Below, one piece after another: positions 12,746 through 25,722 of a DNA stretch of 64,000 bases. A program made the translations under genes and the position numbers. The notes under the pieces are model-generated. The model worked only from the letters and a program-made list of their open reading frames with translations, was not told the DNA's origin and did no database searches. Each line of letters begins with the position of its first letter. Position 1 is the stretch's first letter. Source of the stretch: Antedon mediterranea (lineage: Eukaryota > Animalia > Echinodermata); assembly GCF_964355755.1 (NCBI RefSeq), contig NC_092671.1, forward strand, positions 4,960,001-5,024,000, written 5' to 3'.

Positions 12746-14689
12746 TGAACTGATCCACTTTTGGTTACCCGCAGGTGCTGATAGTACTTTTGTTCTGTTT
12801 TGTTGAATGATGCCGTACCTTGTTTATGATTTTTGTATGTTACCTGGAAATTGAATAAAAAATGTATGTATAGAATACCATTAACCGTTTTAAAAAATCT
12901 CTTTTCTGATATGATAAATGGTATCTTAAATCATGCGTATCAAACTTCTCATGCAACTAATAAGGCAAACGTGTGTGCTCATACAATAGATTAGAACTGG
13001 AATATTAGCAAGTATGAAACTGACCATGTTTAGGATTTGGCTTACGGCTTGCTCAGCTATGGATCCTTTATCTATGTACGTCTATACCTGTATAGGCCTA
13101 CAGTATGAGCATCTATAGAATGATTCAGGATATTGACTATATACAAGTAGAAGGACTATAATCAATCATAAAAAAATATGGTTTCCTATGCAGAACGTAG
13201 ATTCAACAGTAACATTATTACTGCATGGTAGAACGATACACACAGTAGGCCTACTGTTTAATGATGAATAATCCAAATCAACAATCAACCAGTTTTCGTC
13301 ACACTGTAGTTAATTCAGATTAAAATTTGCATGACAATTGTGAATAATATTATAAAAACATATGCATGTTGAATTGAAAACGTTTTAATTTCATAGTCTT
13401 GGTTTAGTGGCTCAGCCAAGCCCGTTTAATTCTACACGTGTACTTGGTCTTCTTCGTTAAAAAAATGTCTTCAGAGATCACATCTGTGGATGAGTATCAT
13501 TTTTATTTCTGTTGTAGCGTACAATCGAGAACTGCTGGTGTTCTGCCGTACCATGAAAAACAATAAATATCTCATCGCTTCCTCGCCTCTACCTTTCCCC
13601 CATCCCTCTGTCTTGTCAAGGTCAATATTAACCCTTTTCCTGTGGCATCCCGGATGATATAAAATTTGTAATTTTTTAAATTATTTTTTCTATTATGTAT
13701 TTTATGGTTTCGTCTGTTGAGGCAGCCGATATTTGCCCTTGTTGATGGCATCAGTAGAGAATAAAATTCAATAACACTGCAGTACCAATTGTCGAGGAAA
13801 TGGTGATTCAAGAACCAGAAGATTTCGAGTTTGAGACACTTTTACTCCTAGGCGTCTTGGTTAAACTGAGCCCGTTGGGAGTAGCATTTTAACTCTCAAA
13901 CATAATCTTCATTTTTACAGTTTACATATTCACAGTAGGCTATTGGTTGAAATGGTTTAGAAATTCCTTTCTAGTCGTAGGCCTATTTGAATTAGATTAC
14001 ATTTTTTGGCGGGAAAGGAATTATAGCCACACCCACATTTTCAGAAAACGTAATTTCAAAGTAATTTCAGGTAAGCCTACCTTAAATTCTTGAAGAAGTT
14101 GTAGAGTAATAAGTATTAGTTCTCTTACGGTGCTTGTCACCAGGGAAGAGTGAGATAAAAAACTCACTCTTCCCTGTTTTGGTGGTTTCGTGGCGTATAC
14201 ACAGTACCTTGGTTTAACATCAACGGTTCCAAATCGCAAATGAATTCTAACCTGTAGTGGTTACTGACTAAAAACTGCTGTGTAATCGAAATAATATAGA
14301 TTTAGCCAATCAATACGGTTACACAACAATGAAAGTATGTACGTAATGGCGGAAGGATAATCATCTATTTTTTGGTGATTGTGATGAGTGGTAATTTGGC
14401 ACAGCTATACATTTTGTTCATGCGTTTGAAAGAAAAAAATAAAATTACTAATGAAAAATAGAAGCATTTTTTTAGAAAAATGTCTAAAAAATGAACTTGT
14501 GTGAATTGTTTCGATCTTCCTATCCAATTTTTAATTGCAAAATGCCATCTTCAATCATTATTATTTTAAAACCTTGTTTATATTATGTAATAACGATCCT
14601 CTTTTTATATTTTTTTTTACAAAATTCAATTATAAACACGGAAACATGGACAAAAGCAACCACCAGTAGGCCTAGACGTACATGCTATA

Positions 14690-14780
14690 GTCACTTGCGT
14701 AATAATTAATCTGGGTTTTCGTATTCCTTGTCGGCCTGGCCTTACAAGGAATACGAAAACCCAGATTATACGCAAGTGAC
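14690..14780. repeat. Hairpin with a 25-bp perfect stem (14707..14731 with 14744..14768) and an outer gtcacttgcgt stem
   Basis: taatctgggttttcgtattccttgt ... acaaggaatacgaaaacccagatta. Confidence 0.85.
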
Positions 14781-15549
14781 ATAATATTTTGTTCACCCAT
14801 ATTTAACAAAATCATCCTGAGATTTAAGACGTATAGCCGATGTTTTGTTTATTATTAATTAGATGGAATTATAGTGTCGATTGTTTAATATTTTCTGTAT
14901 CACTTTTTTTTTATTCTAAATTGTTTTTGGTGTGTTTCTGATTGCCTTGGTTTTAATCCATTCACTATTAAAGAAAACTGGATAAACCAAATAAAAGATT
15001 TTGAAGGGCACCATAACAAACCATCCCGCCTGCCCAAAAAAAAGATGGAAACAAATCGTGGAAATGTCGAAATTACGGAAAACGTTTCAAGAGGATTACA
15101 GAACATTTCCAATTGTTGATTATGGTGGAGTACGTAGGCCTATAGTGTATTTCATCTAAAGTGAGCCCCGACAAGCTAACAAATTGCCCAAAGGTATAAA
15201 AACAGTGTAACGGTTGAAACACTCATGCGTTACGTTTGACAATGTATAACTTCGATGAATAAATATTAAATAATGAATATCAATCCCGAGGAATTTCTTT
15301 TATACTTTTAAATAAACACCTCACTCAATCAAACAATATGTCTATAGCATATGCTTCAGAATACAAAGACCTTGTCGTATCCACCGTTTAGATACAGGTA
15401 TAATGCGTGGGCAATGAATGCAACTGTGTGTAATATCGCAAGTCATCTGCCTACCATACAATATGCATTAAAAAACTCTTTTCCTCGATAATTTTAGAGT
15501 AATATTTATTTTTCATAACATACTGTATTATAATTTTGCTCATTTAGTC

Positions 15550-15686
15550 AAAATGATGAAATGTGAGATGTGCCTATATATGGTAGTGATATATTTAAAT
15601 ACGGTAGTGATATGACATCATCATGTCCATATTTGGGCAAATCACATATTTTTGTCACATAAAGTTTGATAGTGTAGACAAGTCTT
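15550..15686. mobile_element. Degenerate copy of a ~130-bp MITE family (other copies at 21156..21286 and 47339..47472)
   Basis: Shared tatggtagtgatatga...catat.tgggca.atcacat...aaagtttgatagtgtaga. Confidence 0.65.
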
Positions 15687-15702
15687 AAGAAAGAAAGATT
15701 TA

Positions 15703-16966
15703 TTAATTTAATAAATGAATTTTTGAGTGTGTGTTTAAACTGCTTTTACTTCTAAAGCTATGTCCACATTGTTCACATTTAAAGGGCATTTCTCCAGTAT
15801 GTTTTCTAAAGTGAACTTTTAAGTTACTCCTTTGTGTGAACCGTTCCCCACAATGTTCACACTCGTGTGGTTTCTCTCCTGTGTGCACCAACACGTGTTG
15901 TTTCAACATTGCATTTTCAATAAATCTTTTCCCACAAACTAGACATTCACATGGCTTGTTCCCAGTGTGTGTCTGCACATGTTTTCTCAATTGACTTTTA
16001 GCTTTAAAGTCTTTCTCACAATACGTACAGTGGTATGGTTTTTCTCCGGTATGTACCCTAACATGTACTTTCAATTGGCTACTATCTGTAAACTTCTTTC
16101 CACAATGTTCACATACATATAGTTTCTGATTTTTGTCTCTTACGGTATGTGTTTTAGCATGTTTTTGCAACAGTTCCGAATGTTTAAATCTTTTCCCACA
16201 AATGTTGCCGTCAATCTCAAAATTACACTGGTAATTCTTCTCATCAGAATGCACAACCGAATGTCTCTTCAACTTTGAACCATCGATAAATTTCTTCCCG
16301 CATTGATCGCACACGTAAGGCCTCTCGTTGGAATGTATTCTTAGGTGCTTAGTCAACGCACTTTTCCCGTTAAATCGTTTGTCACATTCCTGACAACTGT
16401 ATGGTTTTTCACCCGTATGAATCCTAAGATGCACGTTCAGATGACTCTTTTCGCCAAACATTTTACCACAGTCTTCACACTCGTGTCGTTTTTCTTTCTG
16501 TGCGTCTGAATGTACTTGCATGTGTCTATTTAAATGGCTACTAGTTTTAAATTGTTTGTTACATAGTTTACATGTATACGGTGTTTCACCTGTATGTGTT
16601 CTTAAATGTATTTTAAGTTGGCTTGTGTCCTTAAACTTTTTTTCACAATGTTCACATTTATGTGGTTTTTCTTCGGTATTCATTTTTAACTTGCCAGTTA
16701 ATTTATTTTTACCTTCTTGTGGCTTATGAATCTTAACATGTTTTTTTAAATGAACTTTTGTATTAAGTGTGTGATCACATGGTAATTCTAGTGGTATTTC
16801 CTCTCCATTTGTAGCTTTCAAATGTATTTCGGCTGTAATTTCTTCCTTTTCTTCCACACAACCTAATCTCATTTTTAATTTCATTACTGCCTTTTCCATG
16901 GAACCTATATAATTCTGTTTAACTGGCTTGACTGAGAATTTTCTTCCTGGACTTGAACTTGAATTC
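15703..16966 (-). CDS. Kruppel-type C2H2 zinc-finger protein (11 complete fingers plus 1 degenerate) in one large exon
   Basis: ORF 15703..16899 with HTGEKPY linkers. The acceptor ttgcag|G starts the exon at 16966 and the frame is open to the ATG at 16899. Confidence 0.93.
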
Positions 16967-17320
16967 CTGCAATTACAAAAATACCAATGTATTAATTAAC
17001 ATTAATGTAAAGTATTAATTATTATAAATGCTGTATTATGGCAGGGATGAATACAGTACCGTATCATATCACAGTTGAATCCAGATATCTCAAAAGGTTT
17101 TCCCTTTGATTGGTACGGTACACTGACTGTATCCTTCTAAATTATTAAATTAGATAACAGCACCAGTAGTGTCAACACCACTCACTTTTCAGTATCAACA
17201 GTTTGGAAATTAGTTTACATATTTTAAATTTTCGATTTGATGGGTTATCCAGGTGGAATTCTTTTTTTTATTATGTACTTGCTACTACTACTACTACAGT
17301 ACTAGCCTACTCAATCAAAA
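16908..17320. repeat. Segment duplicated at about 23938..25895 (zinc-finger exon start plus upstream intron)
   Basis: tataattctgtttaactggct..ctgagaattttcttcct, tattatggcagggatgaatac, atatctcaaaaggttttccctttgattggtacggta and ccactcacttttcagtatcaacagtttgga occur in the same order in both places. Confidence 0.9.
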
Positions 17321-17895
17321 TATCAATCTACTCAACACTGAGTTAATGAATCTTTCTGGCCATTTTAACAACCATCTACTACTACAGTACTACCATAGAG
17401 CTATAAATTAGCTCCATAATAATCTATGCACAAATTCACTAGGTTTATGAAAGCCTGCGTACAGAGGAACCCGTACAGAGTAGAGCTAGGCTAGTAGAGG
17501 TCCGGTACATCATCAAGCTGGGCGACCAACAATAAAGGCTAGGCCTAGTCCTAGATAGAGGGCCTGGCGCCCACCACATGGTTATGCCTGATAGAAAGAT
17601 ATATATTTATTACTTTATATACATATTAAACTTATATTACGAGCTAACTAGCCGCGCCTATAATATTACTAGGCCTAGAGACTGAAACGAAAACAAAGTC
17701 AAACGCCGTACAGAGAAATATTATTCTACCGTTTCGGTTCGGTAGCATGTTATTTTTAGAATTCTTTCCTCTGGAACCCCTCTGTAGCATACAAGACTAC
17801 GGCCGGGTAATCCTACGGCCGCACGACGGCGTCTTATAGTGAGCATTGTGTGGTAGTTTAACCTTTATACAGTACTAAGTTAGGAGTCTTTTTAT

Positions 17896-19126
17896 AACCG
17901 TCTCGGCCAAAGTCAAGTCGCCCGCAGTCGGCCCCACATCAAGTCGGCCCCAAGTCAACTCGGCCCCAAGTCAACTCGGCCTCAAGTCAACTCGGCCTCA
18001 CGTCAACTCGGCCAAAAACTAATCGGTCAACTCGGCCACAATAAAGTATGGAACGCAAAAAGTGCTTAATATTATTATGATTCTTACTATCCACGCTTTA
18101 AAAAAAATGAATAAAAAAAATATATATATAATAAAGAAATATTTCTTACAAAAAACGCTGCTCGCTTATTGACGTAACTGTTTTAAAGATATATTGTCCC
18201 TCTAAAAAATATTTTTTAATTCAAATTTGTTTTTGAATGTGTCATTTTATTGTCACATATAAGTTATTTTACCTGAAAAAAATGTAATTAAAGGCAAAAA
18301 ATACTTCAATTGTCTGTCAGACAATGTGGTTTTTGAGTTATAATAATTAAACGTTTCTTTTCTCTTTTTATAATGTGAATTTTGTTACAGAAGTGATAAT
18401 TTATTGCTAAGGTCAAGTCTGGGGGTCAATTTCATGGACTGTTTTGATAATAATTCAATGATCTCGTGTGACGTAGCGGGCTAGAGCAGCAGCGGGATAA
18501 TATAATTAAATAATATCATATAAAAAAATGAACTCATTGCCGATATGAATATAAGTACCCGCGTGTTACAAAAACACGTGCAGGTACCGCATTTTAGTAA
18601 ATCGAAGACGGGGGCCTACGTTCCACCATTTGGCCATAGAAAAAAAAGGGGAAACCCCCGGTCAGTAAAAACACGTAGCAGTTGTAGACATCGAATTTTA
18701 TTAAACGTAAATAAAGGAAAGTTGGTGAAATCATTCCTATTTTTTTTGCTAAATATATTGTCTAAATATTAATATTCATTAAAAGTCAGAATTATTTATA
18801 GTTAAAAAATTGTGAAGAAATATTATTTTATCAATCCCCTTCATTTGCACTTTTTGCGTTCCATACTTTAACAGGGCCGAGTTGACCGATTATTTTTTGG
18901 CCGAGTTGACGTGAGGCCGAGTTGACGTGAGGCCGAGTTGACTTGAGGCCGAGTTGACTTGAGGCCGAGTTGACTTGAGGCCGAGTTGACTTGAGGCCGA
19001 GTTGACTTGAGGCCGAGTTGACTTGAGGCCGAGTTGACTTGAGGCCGAGTTGACTTGAGGCCGAGTTGACTTGAGGCCGAGTTGACTTTGGCCGAGACGG
19101 TTTAGGGCCGACTTGGATCGAAATCC
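17896..19126. mobile_element. Foldback/MULE-like non-autonomous element with TIRs made of 16-bp repeats (ggccgagttgacttga)
   Basis: Left arm has aagtcaactcggcc repeats; right arm has about 12 inverted copies (18899..19090). The arms share aaagtatggaacgcaaaaagtgc. The left tip is truncated. Confidence 0.8.
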
Positions 19127-21155
19127 TTTTTATTACCGTAATAAATTGAATAGAAAACTAAAGACCTAAGATATCTTACTGTAGAAACCTAAAGAAATGG
19201 AGGATAGTAATAACCCTTTAAAAAAAATGTTTATTGTATTTAAGCAACCATAGAGATATTATATATCTCTATGAAGCAACATAATTTCAATTTATTTGTT
19301 TAATACATGGATGTAATGCTAGATAAGTACAAGAAGCAAGACAATTATTAAATAAATCACTGAAAATATTTAATGATAAATTATACTGGTCTGGTGTGGT
19401 TGTAAAATCAACTGGATGAAATACTTGCCATTTCTTTATACTGTAATTGTTTGTATATATATTATGTGACCTGTATGTACCACTAGAAAATCTAAAATTG
19501 TTTACCGAAAACCACATCTTAGAAATAAACCCCCTTTAGTGGTAATAGAATAATCTAATTCTAACCATTCAAAAAGTCTCTAAAATACATTGCATTAAGA
19601 TATCTTAGGTCTTAGTTTTCTAGACACCCATCAACGGATCTAGAAAACTAAGACCCAAGATATTTCTAGATCTAAAAAACTATAATATCTTAGGTCTTAG
19701 TGTTCTAGACACCCATCAACGGATCTAGAAAACTAGACACCCAATTCGCACAATGATTGGCCTAGCTACCCAAAGTTCCCAAATGATAGCCTAACAACAA
19801 TAAACAGATTAACTACCAATCATTTTAACTCCATTATAAAATATCGTTGGAAATATCGAACAGCGTCCGACTTCATGGTGATAAGTATAACAAGTATCAT
19901 CATATCATACGTAAATATTTTTTATTATTATTTATTTTATTTATTTATTTTTATTTCAACAATATTTTATAAACCTTATTTAGTGAGGGTGACCCTAAAC
20001 AGCATATGCTGACAATCAAGGGGCACTCATATAAACATTATAAAAAAAAACATATATGGAAAAAGAAAAACGGACGAACTATGTTTTAAAAAATATATAT
20101 ACATAAATACAAAAATATAGCCTACAATACTATACAAAACGTTTTTTTATTGGAATTAAATATTTTTTTAGAGCAGACTTAAAATTGTTTATTGTAAATA
20201 TAATTTAATTTTGCTTACTACAATAAATACCGTAATCATCTTTATTTATTGGAAAATAATTGAAAGAACTAACTGTGTACAGATTAAACAACAACACAAA
20301 AATTAATTATGGCATCGAATTATGTTGATGTCATTAATCAATAAATTAAACATTTCACATAGTAATAAATACAAGGATGAAAATTTACTTGTCCTGTTGT
20401 GTTTAACAATATTTAAAGCATGATTTGCGTTCATTGATTGAAGCTCATGTTTAATTGTGAGAATTCCACAAGTTTTTTTTATGAAACTTAACAAGAAACA
20501 TGCAAGTGTAGTTTATGGAAATGTATTATGGACGGACAACGTATTCAGATGTTTTATAATAATCATAGTTCCGACAGTACCTATACCGCCCTCTGTGTGT
20601 ATCAAGATACACATATTGATTTGATTACAGTACAGTAATAGATCACATGACATTTCACAAAATATTACCATCTAAATACAGTATTACGCAAACAGCATTC
20701 ACATTGTACTGTATTGTATCGATCTATTTTCAAGATTGTAATTGTTCAAACAGGAACAAAACAAAAGTTTAATTTAATAAAAAGTTCGAGTTACTCAGTA
20801 ACTTTCGCTCTCTTTGAAAATTTCAACACAGCATAGTACAGTAGTATTATTAATTTTGTTTTCCTTTGTATTGTATTCAATAACATGTTTTATTTATTTA
20901 TTTATTTATTCAAGATCCAACAGTGTATAAACAGGGAGTTGTTATTTCTAATAACAACTCCCTGGTATAAAGAAAAACAACAATACAGGATCGCCATAAA
21001 ATATACATTTGATTTGAAAAAAAGAATAAGGAAAACAAACAGATGTATTGTAGGCCTATTTACATTAATTACAACTGTACACACATGTAATAATACTCAT
21101 ACATAATGTAATATTCATAGGCCTTCGGTCCTTCTATAAATCAAAAACTCATAAT

Positions 21156-21286
21156 AGCTCTTTCTACACTATCAAACTTTTTGTGACAAAAAAATGTAAT
21201 GTGCCAATATATGGACAAGATGATGTCATATCAATACCATATTTAGAATATTACTACCATATTTAAACTAGTTTATAGACAGAGCT
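21156..21286. mobile_element. MITE (agctct.tcta...tagacagagct termini) abutting the glycosyltransferase stop codon
   Basis: Inverted termini; same family as 47339..47472; its right flank TTA is the TAA stop of the minus-strand gene. Confidence 0.65.
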
Positions 21287-22690
21287 TTATATTTCGTAGT
21301 CTAAAAGCATAGGAATGGTAGTTGTATTCAAACCTTCTTTATCTTTTAGCACTGCTTTCCATATCTCTACCATAGTAGTATCTTTAACATTGAATGGTGG
21401 CAGTTTAAAGCTGCGATGCCTTGGATTATCTCCACGGTAATGCACCATTCTCAGCTCACTCACAGGATCTAATGTTTTATGCCCACTTCCTAACTTAATA
21501 GCGTGTATTTTGAAATAGTGAACATTAATTGGTCTTAAAATATGACCTGTATTTGGAATGGTTGGCAATTTTGATCTCCAAAGATTCCTCTCTATTATAG
21601 TACCATTGCGGGTAGTTGATTTTAGAGGTCGACCGAAAAACCAATTTTGAATCCTTATTCCTCCTAATGTATACAGTTTCGGATCTCTTAGATAGTCAGT
21701 GATTTTAGGTCTTTTCGGATCCATTGGTTGGATATATTCATCAACGTCAGTTTTAATCATCCATAGGGAATCATGTCGATGACGCCACAAACAGTCGTTT
21801 TCATGAGCAATCTGTATTTCCAGATACGTCTTTGAAGGTGATTTGGTATGCCTCCATGGAACTACAGTCACAAATCCTGAATTTATGAACTCCCTCAATG
21901 ATGTGATCAGAGAACTACTGTTACTTTCGTTGACAGCATTGTCATATATGTAAACATGCTCTACTCCCATATACTTGTGGTATTGTAACCACGAAGGGAT
22001 ACATTTATCTACATTCTTAACCATTGTACACATTGATAAAAAGTGTCTTTGCTTCAAACCTGTTTGACAAACCGTCAAATTGTCATAGGCGACGGTGTTC
22101 TCACTACCACTTTCTACATTAATTATATTAGTTTGTGCACTTGGTAAAATTCGAAAATTCATCTGAAAATTGAGTCTTGTTTTATATTTCTTTGGTAATT
22201 CACATGTTATTACAATTATATATTGTGGAAGCCATCCAAAGCTTAATTTATCCTCTAAAATAGGATTGTTAAAAGTTCTTTCACCATCTGGAAATTCACA
22301 GATAAACGTTCGAGAACTCCACTTGTTTGTTGAAAACTGTAATCCAATAAAAACCACATATTCTCCAGTTGTATCAACAAAAGCTGAATGTAGATCTGGT
22401 AGCCAAGACTTTCTTAAACTATCTTTGAAATAACACGATCCGTCTTGTGGATAAGAAGTCGTGTATTTAGATTCATCAATTAAAAATTCACCACAACCAT
22501 GTTTGCAGATAGATCCATTTTGAACACTTTGATCAATAGTGTATTGTTTGCGTATAACACTTTCATCCTGTGGTTGTTGATTGATAGATGGCAGGAATTC
22601 TTTAAATTTTACATTATTATCCAGGAAGATAACAAAGTATAGAGTAATAATGGCAAATGCAATGATTATTGTAAATTTCTTTTTCTTCAT
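21287..22690 (-). CDS. Type II membrane GT-A glycosyltransferase, GT92/DUF23-like, single coding exon
   Basis: N-terminal KKKK plus transmembrane helix; LSMCTMVKN...SWLQYHKYMGVEHVYIYDN, NDCLWR, DxD motif TDVDEY, HYR. An acceptor (ttcctaag|G) lies 18 nt upstream of the ATG. Confidence 0.88.
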   Translation of the reverse strand: MKKKKFTIIIAFAIITLYFVIFLDNNVKFKEFLPSINQQPQDESVIRKQYTIDQSVQNGSICKHGCGEFLIDESKYTTSYPQDGSCYFKDSLRKSWLPDLHSAFVDTTGEYVVFIGLQFSTNKWSSRTFICEFPDGERTFNNPILEDKLSFGWLPQYIIVITCELPKKYKTRLNFQMNFRILPSAQTNIINVESGSENTVAYDNLTVCQTGLKQRHFLSMCTMVKNVDKCIPSWLQYHKYMGVEHVYIYDNAVNESNSSSLITSLREFINSGFVTVVPWRHTKSPSKTYLEIQIAHENDCLWRHRHDSLWMIKTDVDEYIQPMDPKRPKITDYLRDPKLYTLGGIRIQNWFFGRPLKSTTRNGTIIERNLWRSKLPTIPNTGHILRPINVHYFKIHAIKLGSGHKTLDPVSELRMVHYRGDNPRHRSFKLPPFNVKDTTMVEIWKAVLKDKEGLNTTTIPMLLDYEI

Positions 22691-22729
22691 ACTATGTTTC
22701 CTGTCAACCTTAGGAAAAATGGAAATGTT

Positions 22730-23192
22730 ATTAGAGGTTTCGCAACCTTACGAATACGATAACGAAAACGGATACGTCACGCACACGTATTCGTTAGCCA
22801 GTAAAAATGTTTCGCATGGCAACGAAATATTTAGGGCGCCGTCTAAAATATGACTGCGGTAAATTTGAACGAAGCGCAGGTACATGTTGCTTGGCTGCCT
22901 AGGCATAACATGAAAGCGAGTGAGGACTTTAAAAACTGCTATTTATCAAAATTGACCTGGCATTAGTAAATTTCAATAAATCTATAATATTATATAATCA
23001 TGAATCATTCACTATTCAATTGCAAAATAGATCAAAAACTATACTCGTTTTGTAGTTTTATGAATATGACTGGTGATATTTGTCAACACGAATACGCTTT
23101 ACGAATATGAAATGGGGATCAGCTTAAAGTTTTACAAATGTGTGACATATCTGTTTTCGTTATCGTATTCGTAAGATTGCGAAACCTCCCTA
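22730..23192. mobile_element. MITE with ~50-bp TIRs (gaggtttcgcaa.cttacgaatacgataacgaaaac)
   Basis: Inverted repeat pair 22734..22785 and 23140..23188; superfamily not assigned. Confidence 0.75.
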
Positions 23193-24036
23193 GTACCTCA
23201 AAATAATAAATTAATAATGAGTGTTGTCTTTATATATGCATATTCTGTAGAAATTAGCTGAAATATGCAAATTAAGGGTAAAAACATAGGGTACCCATAG
23301 AACTCCAACCGCTAGTTATATAGATTTTTTTTCTAAATTGTTCAGAATAGGCCTATGTTTATATTCATTCTTAAGGAACTTTTTGTCCAAAAATGACCAG
23401 AAATACTGTATTTGACCTCTGACCTTATTTTAAAGGGATTTTCACAGGATTTACATATCTCCATAATCAATATAGGTAGAAACTTCATTTTATTCTATAT
23501 ACTTTTACATGTGACTGAGGGGATGAAATTCCACAAACCATACCTCGGACATACCTTTGGAACATGCAAATTATCTGAAACATGCACATTAATGGTTAAA
23601 ATATAGGGTATAGGACCTACAAATTGAACGCCAACCGCTAGTTGTTGAGAATTAATTTTTTTTCTCAAAATTGTTTTTGTGGAATATTTTGTCCCAACAA
23701 ATGACCGTAAGTGCCGTATTTGACCTTATTTTCAAAGGATTAAGGTAACTTTCACCATATTTATATATATATATCATATATAGTCAATAATTCCATTGAC
23801 TATGCTTTCACACAGGATTAACGTGTCACCATAACTACTCTAGGTAGAGACATTATTTTAGTCTCTATACTTACACATATGATAAAGAGATAAAATTCCA
23901 CAAATCACACTTTGTAACAAACACACACATGCAATACTATAATTCTGTTTAACTGGCTGACTGAGAATTTTCTTCCTTGATCACTCTACTTGAATTTCTG
24001 CAATTACAAGAATGATAAAAATGTATTAATTTGAAG

Positions 24037-24752
24037 GGTGTCTGATCATTTCGGCCGCCAGTCATTTCGGCCGCCGGTTATGGAATTGCCAAATTCATGA
24101 AACGCCAAAAAGGACAATGTATTGTTCATTTCGGCCGCCATAATTGTAATTATTCTTGAATATGTATGACACCCCATGTGTGTTAAAATGTTAACATTTT
24201 ACTAAACACTGTATTTTTAAGCCGAATCGGCGGTCTTCAATTCCAGAAACAGCAGCAATATTTATGGCATAATTTATGGCGTGCACTTTGCCATCACTAC
24301 AGTGAATATTAATGATATTTTTTAATAAGAAGGAGGTGACACTTATTCGTATGTTTTACATTTATTATATTCATGAATAAACACATTTTTACAAAGCACA
24401 CGCACGCATCTTCAGGACCTGTAAAATAAAAATATAAATAAACATTTAATCAATATTCATTTTGACCAAAATATTCAGATGGTAAAATACCGTAATATAA
24501 CTTTAAATCTAAGTATTTAGCCCATTGCACAACTGATCTCTGGTTTAAATGACCATATTTCTCTGTGGCGTTCCATAGACTTGGTAAAGTAATTTTTTTC
24601 ACTGTACAGTTATTTCTGGCTATTTCAATTTGGCGCGCCATCCCTGGCGGCCGAAACGATCATGCCATATTTTGTCCTTTTTGGAGTTTTATGAATTTGG
24701 TCGTTCCTTAACCGACGGCCGAAATTATTGGCGGCCAAAATGCACTGTGACC
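24037..24752. mobile_element. Non-autonomous DNA transposon with GG termini and 8-bp TSD ATTTGAAG (MULE/Merlin-like)
   Basis: TSD at 24029..24036 and 24753..24760; imperfect ~85-bp TIRs with cattt[ct]ggccgcc repeats; the paralogous empty site is near 17004..17011. Confidence 0.82.
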
Positions 24753-24920
24753 ATTTGAAGTATTAATTATTATAAATGCTGTATTATGGCAGGGATGAAT
24801 ACGGTACCATATCATCCAAGTTGAATCTAGATATCTCAAAAGGTTTTCCCTTTGATTGGTACGGTACTGACTGACTGTATCCTTCTAAATTATTAAATTA
24901 GATAACCGCACCAGTGTCAC

Positions 24921-25722
24921 TGTTATGCGCGATTTGAACGATTTGCGCAATTTGAAATTGCGCAAACAAAATCCTTGCGCAATTTGAATTGAAACATGTG
25001 TTTCAAATTGCGCAAGCAACGTATTAAATTGCGCAAGTAATCTGCAAATTGCGCAAGGTTTTTCGACAGATTGTGAAATCATGCACACCCATATTTTTAT
25101 AGTAATTTCTAAGAATGATTCAAAATTAAAGATAAATATCGCATTTCCTTATTTTAGTAGTGCAAATATTGTTATAAGTTAGCATACCGTCGAAGAACCG
25201 ACGAAGGAAAACTAAGCGGTGGTGTTCCACCAGGCGGGCGCGGCGCGGGCGGCCGACTATACTACTCTAGCCTAGCTAGGGTCTGGACTACTGATACTGA
25301 CTAGGTTACATGGCCTAGCTTAAACTAATATTAAAAACTTAAAAAGTGAGTATTAACATTATCTTCATTGAAATGGTCTTATTTACCCTATATAATAAAA
25401 TACTAAATTTTAAACTCCTCTGCCTAGGCCTAGCCTAGCCATGTATGGGAAAATTTACAGTTCGTTTTCAAATTGCGCAAAGGTGTCATATTGCGCAAGA
25501 ACTATCTTGCGCAATTTACAAATTGTGCAGCGCAATTTAAAATTGCGCAAAGATTTCTTGCGCAATTTGAAATTGCGCAAGTTGATTGCGCAATTTGAAA
25601 TTGCGCAAAAAAATCCTTGCGCAATTTTAAATTGCGCAAGAATTCTTTGCGCAATTTCAAATTGCGCAAGGATTTTTTTGCGCAATTTCAAATTGCGCAA
25701 ATCGTTCAAATCGCGCATAACA
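24921..25722. mobile_element. Ginger-like MITE (TGT...ACA termini, 4-bp TSD TCAC) rich in TTGCGCAA palindromes
   Basis: TIR tgttatgcgcgatttgaacgatttgcgcaatttgaaattgcgcaa; TSD at 24917..24920 and 25723..25726; empty site near 17170. Confidence 0.82.

Noticed and set aside
13400-14250. GC-richer stretch that might hold the NLR start exon
   Set aside because: No recognisable domain or convincing phase-compatible exon could be established.
18899-19090. Regular short repeats resembling a CRISPR array (also 33115..33390 and 12671..12745)
   Set aside because: Head-to-tail repeats without unique spacers, eukaryotic context and no cas genes; the first two are transposon TIR arrays.
19150-20500. Mixed direct and inverted tagaaaactaagacc repeats and a possible LINE 3' end
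   Set aside because: Too decayed to define boundaries or family.
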